Assembly: GCA_965204725.1 (NCBI GenBank)
Contig: OZ242005.1
Span: forward strand, 2,048,001 to 2,112,000
From: Candidatus Latescibacterota bacterium
GTDB lineage: Bacteria > Latescibacterota > UBA2968 > UBA8231
Length of the DNA stretch: 64,000 bases
Reading direction: 5' to 3'
Part shown: one piece after another, positions 29,321 through 38,305 of the stretch
Layout of the letters: every line of letters starts with the position of its first letter
How positions within the stretch are numbered: position 1 is the first letter of the stretch
Translations under genes and position numbers: made by a program
Notes under the pieces: model-generated
Database searches by the model: none
Seen by the model: only the letters and a program-made list of their open reading frames with translations
What the model was told of the DNA's origin: nothing

Positions 29321-30139
29321 CTAAACGGCAATCCGCTCTCCCCCCGCATACACATTGAACCCCCGCCCGCGCAAAAATCCCAACAGCGTCATCCCCGATT
29401 CCCGCGCCAAATCCACCGCCAAGCTCGATGGCGCGGATACCGCGGCGACCACCGCAATCCCCGCCATCCACGCCTTTTGCACGATCTCAAAGCTGGTGCG
29501 GCCGCTGACCATCAACACGCTCTGGGCCGGCACCGGCTCGTTGTGCAGCGCGTAGTGGCCGATGAGCTTGTCAACCGCGTTGTGCCGGCCCACGTCCTCG
29601 CGCAAAACGAGCAAGTCGCCCGCCGGATCAAACAGAGCCGCGGCGTGCAGCGAGCCGGTTTGCTCAAATACATCCTGTGCTTGGCGCATGCGGTCGCCGA
29701 GACCGTAGAGCATGGCTATTGGCACGGTAAAGTTTTCCGTCAGCGCGGGGGCCTCGCCGGCAATGGCCTCAATGCTGGCCTTGCCGCAGACTCCGCAACT
29801 CGACGAGGCATAGAAGTTGCGCTGGAGTCGCTGCTGATCAAAGTCCACGCCAGCGGCCAGCTTGACCTCGACAATATTCTCCTCGTTGGGCGGCTCCGCG
29901 GCCGTGCAGTACGAGATCGCGCCCAAGTCCTGCGGCGCTTGGATCAGCCCCTCGGTACACAAAAAGCCGGCCGCCAACTCAAAGTCGTGGCGCGGGGTGC
30001 GCATGACCACTGCGATCGGCGTCTCCGCCACGCGAATCTCCAGCGGCTCCTCAACCGTTACCAAGTCGTCTTCGGCCGCTTGGGCCGCCTCGCGGAATCG
30101 CCAGATCGACCGCTGCGTCACCCGCTGCTGCCGCTCCAT
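29321..30139 (-). CDS. fdhD: Formate dehydrogenase accessory sulfurtransferase FdhD
   Basis: EEPLEI, MRTP, SSCGVCGK, TGSLHAA, REDVGRHNAVDK, SGRTSFEIVQK. Confidence 0.95.
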   Translation of the reverse strand: MERQQRVTQRSIWRFREAAQAAEDDLVTVEEPLEIRVAETPIAVVMRTPRHDFELAAGFLCTEGLIQAPQDLGAISYCTAAEPPNEENIVEVKLAAGVDFDQQRLQRNFYASSSCGVCGKASIEAIAGEAPALTENFTVPIAMLYGLGDRMRQAQDVFEQTGSLHAAALFDPAGDLLVLREDVGRHNAVDKLIGHYALHNEPVPAQSVLMVSGRTSFEIVQKAWMAGIAVVAAVSAPSSLAVDLARESGMTLLGFLRGRGFNVYAGGERIAV

Positions 30140-31563
30140 CACATCGGCCCCACGCGCCGAGGCCCCCGATCCATCGCCAGCATCGAAGCGTCGAAGCTCT
30201 TTTGCATCAGTTCCAGCTTGAGCGGCTGCGCTTCCGGCTCGTCCCACATATTTTCAAACTCACCGGGGTCCTCGTCCAAGTCGTACAGCTCGCCCAAATC
30301 GTGCCCGTGATAGAGCACCAGCTTGTAGCGCTCGTCGCGGTACATGGTGGCAAAGGTGCCATCGGGCGCGGCCAAGGCGTCGTAGTACTCGCAGCGGACG
30401 AAGTCGCGGTGCGGTGCCGCGCTCTCGCCGCGCAAAATCGGCCCAAGCGAGCGGCCCGTCATCCGCTCCGGCACCTCCAGCCCGGCTAGCTCCAGCAGCG
30501 TCGGCGCTTTATCGGTCAGTTCAACTAAATCGCGGCGCACCAAGCCCTGCTCAAAGCACCCCGGCCAAGAAAAAATCAGCGGCACCCGCACCAAGCCCTC
30601 GTAAAAGCGGCACCCCTTTTGGATCAGCCCGTGGTCGCCGAGCATTTCGCCGTGGTCAGAGGTAAAAATCACCACTGTATTGTCGCGCTGGCCCGTGGCT
30701 TCGAGTGCGGCCAGCATCCGGCCCACTTGGTCGTCAATCTGCTTGATCATCGCGCAGTACGCCGCCTGCAACACGCGCGCGTCCGCCCCGGGCGTCGGGC
30801 GGCCTTGGTGCAAGGGGTCGCGGATATCGAGTTGGTCGGGCCGCCGCCCCTTGGACTGGAAATCAATCGCCGCTAGCTTTTCCTGTTGTGCCAAGTCGCG
30901 GTCGGCAAACAGCGGCCCGGGCATGGTCGCCGGGTCAAAGCGGTCGCGGTAGCTCTGCGGCGGATTGAACGGCGGGTGTGGGTCGTAAATGTTGACGCTG
31001 GCCAGCCAAGGGCCATCGCGCTTTTGGTTCATAAACTCAATGGTCTTCTCCGCGCACCACGTCGTCTGGTGGAATTCGGCGGGCAATCCGCAGGGATATT
31101 GCTTCATCAACTCGCCTAAGACTTCCCCCTTTTCCCGCACCCAGTCGGCATAGCCGTGCCCCTGCGGCCAGTCGTCGCGGGGCGCGTGGCTGTATTCCCA
31201 ATAGCGGTATCCGTCGTTGACGCGCGGCTCAATGCGGCGATAGGCACTGGCCAAGTGCAGCTTGCCAATTAGCCCACAGTCGTACCCGGCCTCGGCCAAC
31301 ATCCGCGTGACCAGCGGCGGGTGATCGGGAAAACTATCGAGGCCATTGCCGTTAATGTGGACAGCACTGGCGTACTGGCCGGTGAGAAAACTCGCCCGGC
31401 TCGGCGTGCAGATCGGGCTTTGGCAATAGGCGCGAGTAAAAGCCACGCCCTCGGCGACCAGCCGATCGATGTGCGGCGTATCAACGTGGGCATAACCGAG
31501 GGCGCCGATGGTGTCGTAGCGCTGTTGATCCGTGCAGATCCAGAGGATGTTGGGAGGCGTCAT
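30139..31563 (-). CDS. Cys-type sulfatase (no obvious signal peptide)
   Basis: PNILWICTDQQR, CTPSRASFLTG (CxPxR), GKLHL, TSDHGEMLGDH. Confidence 0.92.
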   Translation of the reverse strand: MTPPNILWICTDQQRYDTIGALGYAHVDTPHIDRLVAEGVAFTRAYCQSPICTPSRASFLTGQYASAVHINGNGLDSFPDHPPLVTRMLAEAGYDCGLIGKLHLASAYRRIEPRVNDGYRYWEYSHAPRDDWPQGHGYADWVREKGEVLGELMKQYPCGLPAEFHQTTWCAEKTIEFMNQKRDGPWLASVNIYDPHPPFNPPQSYRDRFDPATMPGPLFADRDLAQQEKLAAIDFQSKGRRPDQLDIRDPLHQGRPTPGADARVLQAAYCAMIKQIDDQVGRMLAALEATGQRDNTVVIFTSDHGEMLGDHGLIQKGCRFYEGLVRVPLIFSWPGCFEQGLVRRDLVELTDKAPTLLELAGLEVPERMTGRSLGPILRGESAAPHRDFVRCEYYDALAAPDGTFATMYRDERYKLVLYHGHDLGELYDLDEDPGEFENMWDEPEAQPLKLELMQKSFDASMLAMDRGPRRVGPM

Positions 31564-31971
31564 GGCGGAAGCTCCTGTGTTGGATAAGTCTTGCTTTTTG
31601 GATAAGTTACGCCGCTGTGTGACGCGGCACAAGGAGGGGTTGGGAGGGGCGTTAGGCGAGTGCGATTGTTGGTTTTTAGTTGCTGCGGCGGGTATGCCGA
31701 GGGGAGGTTAGAATCGATGGGGGCTAGTGAAACGCAGACGCTGCTCAAGCCAGACAAATCAACCAAGCGCAAAAGCGCGTTAGTATCCGCTTTCTCGTCT
31801 GGATGATTCAATCCTTAGACCGAGGAACCCGGCGTCTGGGCGTACCGCGCCACTCGCTCGTCACGTTCTGGATATCCGAGCGTCTCAAAAAGCCCAAAGC
31901 TGAACCGCCAGCGACATGTATCCCGGCGGCCTAAGCAGTGCGCCTCGTGACTGATTGTCCGACATCCGGGA

Positions 31972-33258
31972 TCATACTCGCACCTCTCCCGTTTTCAGCC
32001 CGAAGTTGATGCGGTTGTCGTTGAGAATCGGTGCTGCACGGTCAGGCGGAACATCAACCACTGACCCGTCCGGCTTGGTCAGTGTCCACTTCTCTGCGGT
32101 CAGGTTTCGCAGACCGAAGAGGTTCGGAACTTGGGGGTTCTGAACGACTTCTGCGATTGGGGTGTCGTCGCGGGTCTGGCCGACATGGTAGCCGAACAGT
32201 TGGGTAGTGCGATTGAGCAAAACAATGTCGTCGTCAATCCGAATGCGCGGCGGGAGGACCAGCGGCTTCTTGCATGACCAGCAGTGCTTGCCGCCAGACG
32301 ATGCCGCGACCGCAGGCTCATAGAAGTTTTCAGCACCACATGCACATAGCCAGATACTGTCGATAGTGCTAGCGAAAGCCTTCCTCCACTCTGACTCGCG
32401 CACACGCTTGGGCGGGTAGTGCAATCCGTCTGTGAATGACCGTTGAAACAGGGCTACCAGCACTTCAGGGTACATGTTGCGAAAGGCGATGGGGTTATTG
32501 TGAATGCCGGGGACAGGATGGTTGGAATCGTCATTCGGGTCCCAGATGTAAAGCGGGTCAAACCCATAGAGACGCTCTAAGGCGGGAACATCGAGGCAGC
32601 GGATGTTCGCTTCCCGTTGACCGTCAAGGGGATGACCACCGTACAAAAGAAAAAACAGCAGTACTGCCAGCGAGTAGCGATCAGTATCAGCAGATGGTGC
32701 CGCCTCTCTCCGAACCACCTCGGGGGCCATAAAACGCTGGGTACCCAGCACACCACCCGTTTCGGATCCCGTTATGTCAACATTGTCGTTGTCGCAGATG
32801 AGGATATCGCCAGTCTTCGGATCAAAGAATACATTGGCGAAGGAAATGTCCCGATAGCAGAGACCGCGACTGTGGAGGCGGAGAAATCCATCCGCGAGTT
32901 TCCTGCCTGCCGTGAGCAATGCACGCATTGATGGGTGGATCCGCCGCGCCATGAAGTCTTCAAGGGCTCGGAAGTTAGGCTCCCGGATGGGCATGATGTA
33001 GCCATATCTCTCTGATTGGGCATCCTCTACCATCGCCATCGGCCACAAAAAACAGGGCGCAGGTGAGCCTTTTTCAACCAACCGCTCAAGTACCTCCCTT
33101 TGTTCTGTAGTAGCCGTATCTCGGTGATAGACCTTCACCGCGACGGCCTTCCCCCCATCAGCGGCTTTCCAGACCTCGCCTTGGCCTCCTTGACCAAGCA
33201 GGGTATCGGCGATGATGCGCGTTCTATCAGCGGTCTTCAGTAGTTCTGGTTTTTGCAT
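31972..33258 (-). CDS. Ser/Thr protein kinase of the TerY-P (YegI-like) type with Zn-ribbon and FHA-like C-terminus
   Basis: GQGGQGEV, AVKVY, CYRDISFANVF, ICDNDN, GTQRFMAPE, DRYSLAV; CACG...CWSC; beta-rich tail. Confidence 0.88.
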   Translation of the reverse strand: MQKPELLKTADRTRIIADTLLGQGGQGEVWKAADGGKAVAVKVYHRDTATTEQREVLERLVEKGSPAPCFLWPMAMVEDAQSERYGYIMPIREPNFRALEDFMARRIHPSMRALLTAGRKLADGFLRLHSRGLCYRDISFANVFFDPKTGDILICDNDNVDITGSETGGVLGTQRFMAPEVVRREAAPSADTDRYSLAVLLFFLLYGGHPLDGQREANIRCLDVPALERLYGFDPLYIWDPNDDSNHPVPGIHNNPIAFRNMYPEVLVALFQRSFTDGLHYPPKRVRESEWRKAFASTIDSIWLCACGAENFYEPAVAASSGGKHCWSCKKPLVLPPRIRIDDDIVLLNRTTQLFGYHVGQTRDDTPIAEVVQNPQVPNLFGLRNLTAEKWTLTKPDGSVVDVPPDRAAPILNDNRINFGLKTGEVRV

Positions 33259-34192
33259 TGGCAATTTCTCCATTATTTTCAGTTTCGTTCTTGTTCCCAA
33301 TGAGTGCCCCAATCTTGGCTAGAATCCGCTGTACTATTCCATCCTGCCCCGACGATGCGTTGTAAGAATCCATAGCAGTCTGGCTCGCTGGTAGCGGCCA
33401 GTGGAGAAGTGCGAGGGCAATGTCATCACCACTCCCCTGATTAGTAACCGCCTCGAGAAAGCCCCTCAAGTGAAGGGTCAATCTGGAAACCCCATCCTCG
33501 CGTATGAGTTTGAGATAGTCGGGACCGATCTGCCTAAAGGCGGCGTCCGTGGGGTACGACTTGCTGTACCCATCGGTCGAGAGCAGGAGAAGCGTCTCTT
33601 GCTTCGGTGTCGGTAGGATTCGCAGGCGAAATGAGTGCTCGGCTTCTGAGAGACACAGGCTGGGAGTCTCGTCGGCAAACGCCTCCGGGTCGGCAGGTAG
33701 TGGGACATCAACTGTACCATCCTCGTTGACGAGTAGGATATCGCCATCACCGAGTTGTCCGACGAGTAAAAAGTCCGGCGTTGCTAAAGCGACCAAGAGT
33801 GTCGAGCCATAATCCACGAGTGGTGTTTCGCTGTCTCCAGACTTGGCGTGGACTCTCTCTTTCCATTCCCGGACGATCTGAACGCGGAGTGGATGCTCGG
33901 CGTACTTCTGGACTTCGATCATATTTGAAGCGCGTTCACCCAAATCCTCGGCGAATCGCACGAGTGAGGTAAGAGCCACTTGGACTGCGAGTCGGGCACC
34001 GACATCAGCGTGTTTGCTCGAACCATGACCGTCAGCGATGGCAAGGGCCACAGTGTCGGCAACCATCCAAAGCCCCGCCTCGTCTTGGCAGGGCTTGCCT
34101 GATCGCAAGTGGTTCGCACCGATTACGCGCTCAATGGCGAATCCGGGTCGTCGGCTTGATCTGGCGTCTATTTCTTGGTTACCAGACATCAT
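33227..34192 (-). CDS. PP2C-like protein phosphatase (TerY-P, YegK-like)
   Basis: GANHLRSGKPCQD, IADGHGS, GSTLL, QLGDGD, LSTDGY, GSGDDIAL. Confidence 0.9.
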   Translation of the reverse strand: MMSGNQEIDARSSRRPGFAIERVIGANHLRSGKPCQDEAGLWMVADTVALAIADGHGSSKHADVGARLAVQVALTSLVRFAEDLGERASNMIEVQKYAEHPLRVQIVREWKERVHAKSGDSETPLVDYGSTLLVALATPDFLLVGQLGDGDILLVNEDGTVDVPLPADPEAFADETPSLCLSEAEHSFRLRILPTPKQETLLLLSTDGYSKSYPTDAAFRQIGPDYLKLIREDGVSRLTLHLRGFLEAVTNQGSGDDIALALLHWPLPASQTAMDSYNASSGQDGIVQRILAKIGALIGNKNETENNGEIANAKTRTTEDR

Positions 34193-34907
34193 TGGCATCC
34201 GTCGGATCGGATTTCGGATCGGGTTTCGGAGGCGGAGGCAACGGCACATTGACCCCGGCCGGAGCACTCTGCGTCTGGCTCGCTGGTGCGGAGGCGGCCT
34301 GCAAAACTGCGGTGGATGCCCAGCGGATATAATTGACCAAGTCTTGAGCGTTGTTGGCTTGCAACGGTTGGATCTCTGCATGCCCTATGAAGCGTTGGAG
34401 AACATCGATAGCCGCGTCCTCGCCAATGGCGATAGCGAGGCGCACGGCCTTCCTACCCCAAGGCTCGGCCATCAATGCTTGAAGCCCTCCATTAAAGTCG
34501 TCCGTGGGCTGTCCATCACTGATGAGCACCAGCACGGGAGGTAGCGCACGCTCCGGCATGGGCGGGGTCTTGAGCGCGTCTGTAACCAGAATCAGGGCAC
34601 GTCCCATTTCGGTCCAGCCACTGGCCGAGAGATCATTCCACTCAAATTCATCAACCTTTGTCGGCTGCGGAATATGCCATTGGGCACCGGCTGAGAACTT
34701 GATCGCCTGCACCAAAACCTCGGCGTTCGGATTGCCTTCCGCGACATCTCGCATGTGTGGGATGGCCTCCCTGATCGCGTGGTTGAGTGCTTGAATTTTG
34801 GCCCCCGACATCGAGGACGAGCAGTCTGCGAGGAAAATGAAATGAAGTGGCCTGTTTGCGATTGGCCCTCCTGGAAGTTTGGGTTCCATGGTTTCTTCAC
34901 GTTCCAT
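34179..34907 (-). CDS. TerY-like von Willebrand A domain protein (YegL-like)
   Basis: RPLHFIFLADCSSSM (MIDAS DxSxS), GWTEMGRAL, LISDGQPTD; AAGGAG RBS. Confidence 0.9.
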   Translation of the reverse strand: MEREETMEPKLPGGPIANRPLHFIFLADCSSSMSGAKIQALNHAIREAIPHMRDVAEGNPNAEVLVQAIKFSAGAQWHIPQPTKVDEFEWNDLSASGWTEMGRALILVTDALKTPPMPERALPPVLVLISDGQPTDDFNGGLQALMAEPWGRKAVRLAIAIGEDAAIDVLQRFIGHAEIQPLQANNAQDLVNYIRWASTAVLQAASAPASQTQSAPAGVNVPLPPPPKPDPKSDPTDANDVW

Positions 34908-34952
34908 TGATTTTCTCCTTGTTTGGACTTCGCGTGAAAATGCTGCGATGTA

Positions 34953-37205
34953 TTACACTTTTGAAGGGTTTGTGGCAACCACGAGTTCGGCCCGAAGCCG
35001 ACTCGCAACAGGCTGCGCCAGCCTAAGCTGTTCCCATGTGCGAATGGCGAGAAAACGCTTTTCGCCATGTTCGTAGAGATCTCCTATCTGAGGAGGTGGT
35101 TCTGACGGAATCGGTGGGTGCGAACCCACCTCGCTCGTTGACGGAGTTGCAAGTCGAGGCGGTTTCTCAAAATAAAATTTTTCCGATACAGTGCGCTCAA
35201 ATTGCTTGCTCTCCTCGGCGAAGCTGGTAGCTTGGGACCCCAGATTGGAGACCTCCTCTTCCGCCGCGTTAAGGCGTGTGGATTCTGCGCTGATCTCTGA
35301 TGCGGGTGGCGACCAATTCGCAATGCTCGCACGCTCCTGCTCGTTGCTAGCGACTTCCTGTTCCACATCTTGTACGCGGCGGTTCGCCTTCTTCTGTGCC
35401 GCCTTGGATGATCGACTCTTGCTACCTGTCTTGAGAGATTTCTGGTGTTGGCGTGCTTCTTCCAACTTTGCCTCCAAATCGACGTACTTTTTCTCCAAAA
35501 ATGCCTTCCGCTCTTGGCGTTTGACCGCCACAACGTTATCAAGGGCATCCTGCGCCTCTTGTCGTTTTTTCTTTGCCTCGCCTTGGGCTATCTCATTCTC
35601 CTCCAACTTCTGTCGAATTTCTTCCAGTTTGATCTTGGCATCTTCGACGCGCTTTTTCCAACTGTCTCGCTGGGCTTCCTTCGCCTCGGCATCCGCGGCG
35701 GCTTGCTGCTGGTTATGAGTGGTACGACGCAGTCCATCTAAACGGTTGACGACCTCGGCGAGGCGTCTCATGCGATCCTCAGCCTGATCCGCTATCTGAC
35801 TTGGAGGCGACTCGTTGATTTCGTCAAGTTTGTCGCGTAGTTGTTCGCGTTCCAAGGCCGATTTCCCATCCCGAGAAGGAAGCCATTGGCGAAGTTTGCT
35901 CAACAGTCCTTCTTGGTTCTCAAGTTCGTCAAGCTCAGCACGGAGGCTTTCCACTGTCCGAGATGTCCACTCATCCACCGCTGTCCAGCGGCGGACGATT
36001 TCGGCGGGGGGGGCACCCGGCGCCAAAGTAGCCGGTACTCGTCGCCACTTGATAGTCGCTTCCAAGGCGAGGGGCGGAATGTCGGGCAAGCGAGCGGGGC
36101 GGGCAGAGTCGAAGTCCAGCAACGGTGCGTCCACATCGCCAGCGTCCAGTGAGACAGAGGGAACGATCTTGGCGGGTTGCGTCGCCCCGTTCAATAGCAC
36201 CTCGCCCTTAATAGCGTCGAGCCGCCGCGCTGGATGGAACTCCCAAGCGGGTTGTTTCGCCGCACGTTCAAAACGGTGGAGAAAGTTAATTGCTTTGGTG
36301 GCTGGCCATTCAATTTGGAGTACAATCGGTGTTTCCACGAGGTCCATAACCATGCGCTGACGTGTAACCGTTGTCCTCGGGAGACCTGTATCAACCCACA
36401 GCACCCGGTGGCCCCGGCGACAGAGTGTTGTCGGGAGATCAAGATCGACAGGGCGACCTGTCCCGCCGCTCGTCAATTCGTCAGTGGGAGGAACGAACAG
36501 CACCCGTGCCTGTCCGGGGTCCAAAGCTTTCGGTGAAATTCGGAACTCGGCGTCAGGAACTGGATCGTCAAGTTCTCCGTCAAGGCGGAGCCGACCAGCC
36601 GGGAGTGTGATGTCGGGACCGGGGTCGTCGAACGGTGCCGCCAGCGGAGGCCGGAAGACGACATTCCCGTTACCCTCCGGCAGGGCTTCCTTCGTTGCGT
36701 GAAACCAGAACAGCACACAAAATGCCTCGAACAGTGATCTTGCTAGGTCGCCGTTGACGGGGACCACCCATTTTTGATGCTCGGCGGTAGGCCCTACGAC
36801 AAGGCGTCCGTCGCGCCCTTTATCAACGATGAGCCAGTCCGCAGGTGGGCGATGGCCCAAGCGAGCGAGGACTCGGTCGCCCATGCCCGCAATCCTTTGA
36901 ACCAATGTTGTGTCGGTCTCAAGTTCACTGTCCCCGTAAACATAGAGCCGGCATTGTGCAGGAAGATATTGCAAAACAGCGTCAATCAATTTGCGCGAGG
37001 TTGTTGTCGCACCGCTGGCAAGGACGACGCTACGAGCATTCGCCAAGAGCGACTGCACATCATTGAGGTCATCGGGGCTATTCAATTCAGTCCAAGGAAG
37101 GTCAATTTGCGTACCCTTGCCCTGTTCCCAAAGCGGAAGCTCTTTCTCCCTCTGGTCAATCCGTTTCTCTTTTATTTCCGATTGAATAGGTCCGTTACGC
37201 ATCAT
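34953..37205 (-). CDS. Hypothetical protein with possible degenerate PLD-like N-terminus and long coiled coil
   Basis: About 750 aa; ATG overlaps the upstream TGA; HRPPADWLIVD resembles a decayed HxKxxxxD; E/K/Q/A-rich heptads over roughly the last third; small globular C-terminus. Confidence 0.75.
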   Translation of the reverse strand: MMRNGPIQSEIKEKRIDQREKELPLWEQGKGTQIDLPWTELNSPDDLNDVQSLLANARSVVLASGATTTSRKLIDAVLQYLPAQCRLYVYGDSELETDTTLVQRIAGMGDRVLARLGHRPPADWLIVDKGRDGRLVVGPTAEHQKWVVPVNGDLARSLFEAFCVLFWFHATKEALPEGNGNVVFRPPLAAPFDDPGPDITLPAGRLRLDGELDDPVPDAEFRISPKALDPGQARVLFVPPTDELTSGGTGRPVDLDLPTTLCRRGHRVLWVDTGLPRTTVTRQRMVMDLVETPIVLQIEWPATKAINFLHRFERAAKQPAWEFHPARRLDAIKGEVLLNGATQPAKIVPSVSLDAGDVDAPLLDFDSARPARLPDIPPLALEATIKWRRVPATLAPGAPPAEIVRRWTAVDEWTSRTVESLRAELDELENQEGLLSKLRQWLPSRDGKSALEREQLRDKLDEINESPPSQIADQAEDRMRRLAEVVNRLDGLRRTTHNQQQAAADAEAKEAQRDSWKKRVEDAKIKLEEIRQKLEENEIAQGEAKKKRQEAQDALDNVVAVKRQERKAFLEKKYVDLEAKLEEARQHQKSLKTGSKSRSSKAAQKKANRRVQDVEQEVASNEQERASIANWSPPASEISAESTRLNAAEEEVSNLGSQATSFAEESKQFERTVSEKFYFEKPPRLATPSTSEVGSHPPIPSEPPPQIGDLYEHGEKRFLAIRTWEQLRLAQPVASRLRAELVVATNPSKV

Positions 37206-38305
37206 GCCTCCATTTCTAGATCGGTGCCCGCGGCGAGCAACCACCTCGTCCGATTTGCGAGGGGACGACCGTTCACCTTGGAGAGTGCCACCGAATCCGG
37301 GGCATCCCCGGCCCACTCTTCCAGCGGGGTTTTTTCGATAATGTTTGACCAATCCGATTGGTAATTGTCGGGGGCTAGGTATTTGTTCTCGGCCTCAGTT
37401 TGAGCAACGAGGATGGCAGTTGCCCAAGTGCGAGCATCACCCTTCGTTGCCGGGCCGACCGGTACATCCCGGACCACGACCTCATCAAACGAGCCAAAAC
37501 TCTTGACCTTCTTATTCTTGTACTTCCGGGACCGCAGGAACGACTCGCGTCCTCCCTGCCCGATCTTGCCATCATACGCCATGGCGAGGCGACCCATTCG
37601 CACATCCCATTGCGCCTCCCAGTCCGCGAAAATATCGACCAACTCGTCCGGCTTCACCGACTCAGGCGCAGACTGGAATTTGCCGGGCCGGTTCCTATCT
37701 CCCCTCACTTGCCCTTCAATCGTCCACTTGTTGTCGCCCGATGCGAGATCGATATCCCACTGTAACTCTCCCTTGGTCATATCTTCAATACGGCAGACCG
37801 GATTTTGGCCTCGTGCTGCCTCGAATTTCGATACGTTGAATCGCTTCGATTTGTCGAATACCGACGTAAACACCCGGTCTCTTTTGACTGAGAACCACGA
37901 TGGAAGTGGCTCGAGGTTGTTGAAGTCGTGGTCGCGCCAGTCGCCGGGCGCACGTCTAAAATCGAGGACATGGCTATCAAAGAGTGGATGGGATGCCACG
38001 AGCAGGCGATATACACCCTGCTCCCAAGCGGGGGCCTCGCCCGACGACGCACAACGATGTCCTAGGGCGGTCAGTGCTCCGTTTCGACCAACAAGTTTAA
38101 TGTAGCCCAAGTGGCGCAACAGGTTCTTCCGCGCATGTAGCGACAGCCCCGGTAGGACGGTATCAACCGCGGCCTCGTTGAGGACACCTTGATCCTGAGC
38201 CACGACGCACAGGCTCTGAAGGTCCGATCTCTTCTCCCATACGGCGAGTTCTGCAAATACCGTAACGTCTCGAATTTCGAGTTCTGTTTTGAGGCTAGCT
38301 TTCAT
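37202..38305 (-). CDS. Hypothetical protein (367 aa), translationally coupled to the helicase
   Basis: ATGA overlaps at both ends; LRHLGYIKLVGRNGALTALG resembles a winged-helix wing; family not recognised. Confidence 0.75.
   Translation of the reverse strand: MKASLKTELEIRDVTVFAELAVWEKRSDLQSLCVVAQDQGVLNEAAVDTVLPGLSLHARKNLLRHLGYIKLVGRNGALTALGHRCASSGEAPAWEQGVYRLLVASHPLFDSHVLDFRRAPGDWRDHDFNNLEPLPSWFSVKRDRVFTSVFDKSKRFNVSKFEAARGQNPVCRIEDMTKGELQWDIDLASGDNKWTIEGQVRGDRNRPGKFQSAPESVKPDELVDIFADWEAQWDVRMGRLAMAYDGKIGQGGRESFLRSRKYKNKKVKSFGSFDEVVVRDVPVGPATKGDARTWATAILVAQTEAENKYLAPDNYQSDWSNIIEKTPLEEWAGDAPDSVALSKVNGRPLANRTRWLLAAGTDLEMEA

Noticed and set aside
28676-30310. 544-aa plus-strand ORF and similar long antisense ORFs across the window
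   Set aside because: Lie opposite well-supported genes, carry no motifs, and are expected in high-GC DNA
31600-31970. Integron attC site or att repeat at the left edge of the island
   Set aside because: A GTTAGGC is present but has no matching inverse core or paired L boxes; no matching repeat at the right edge and no integrase
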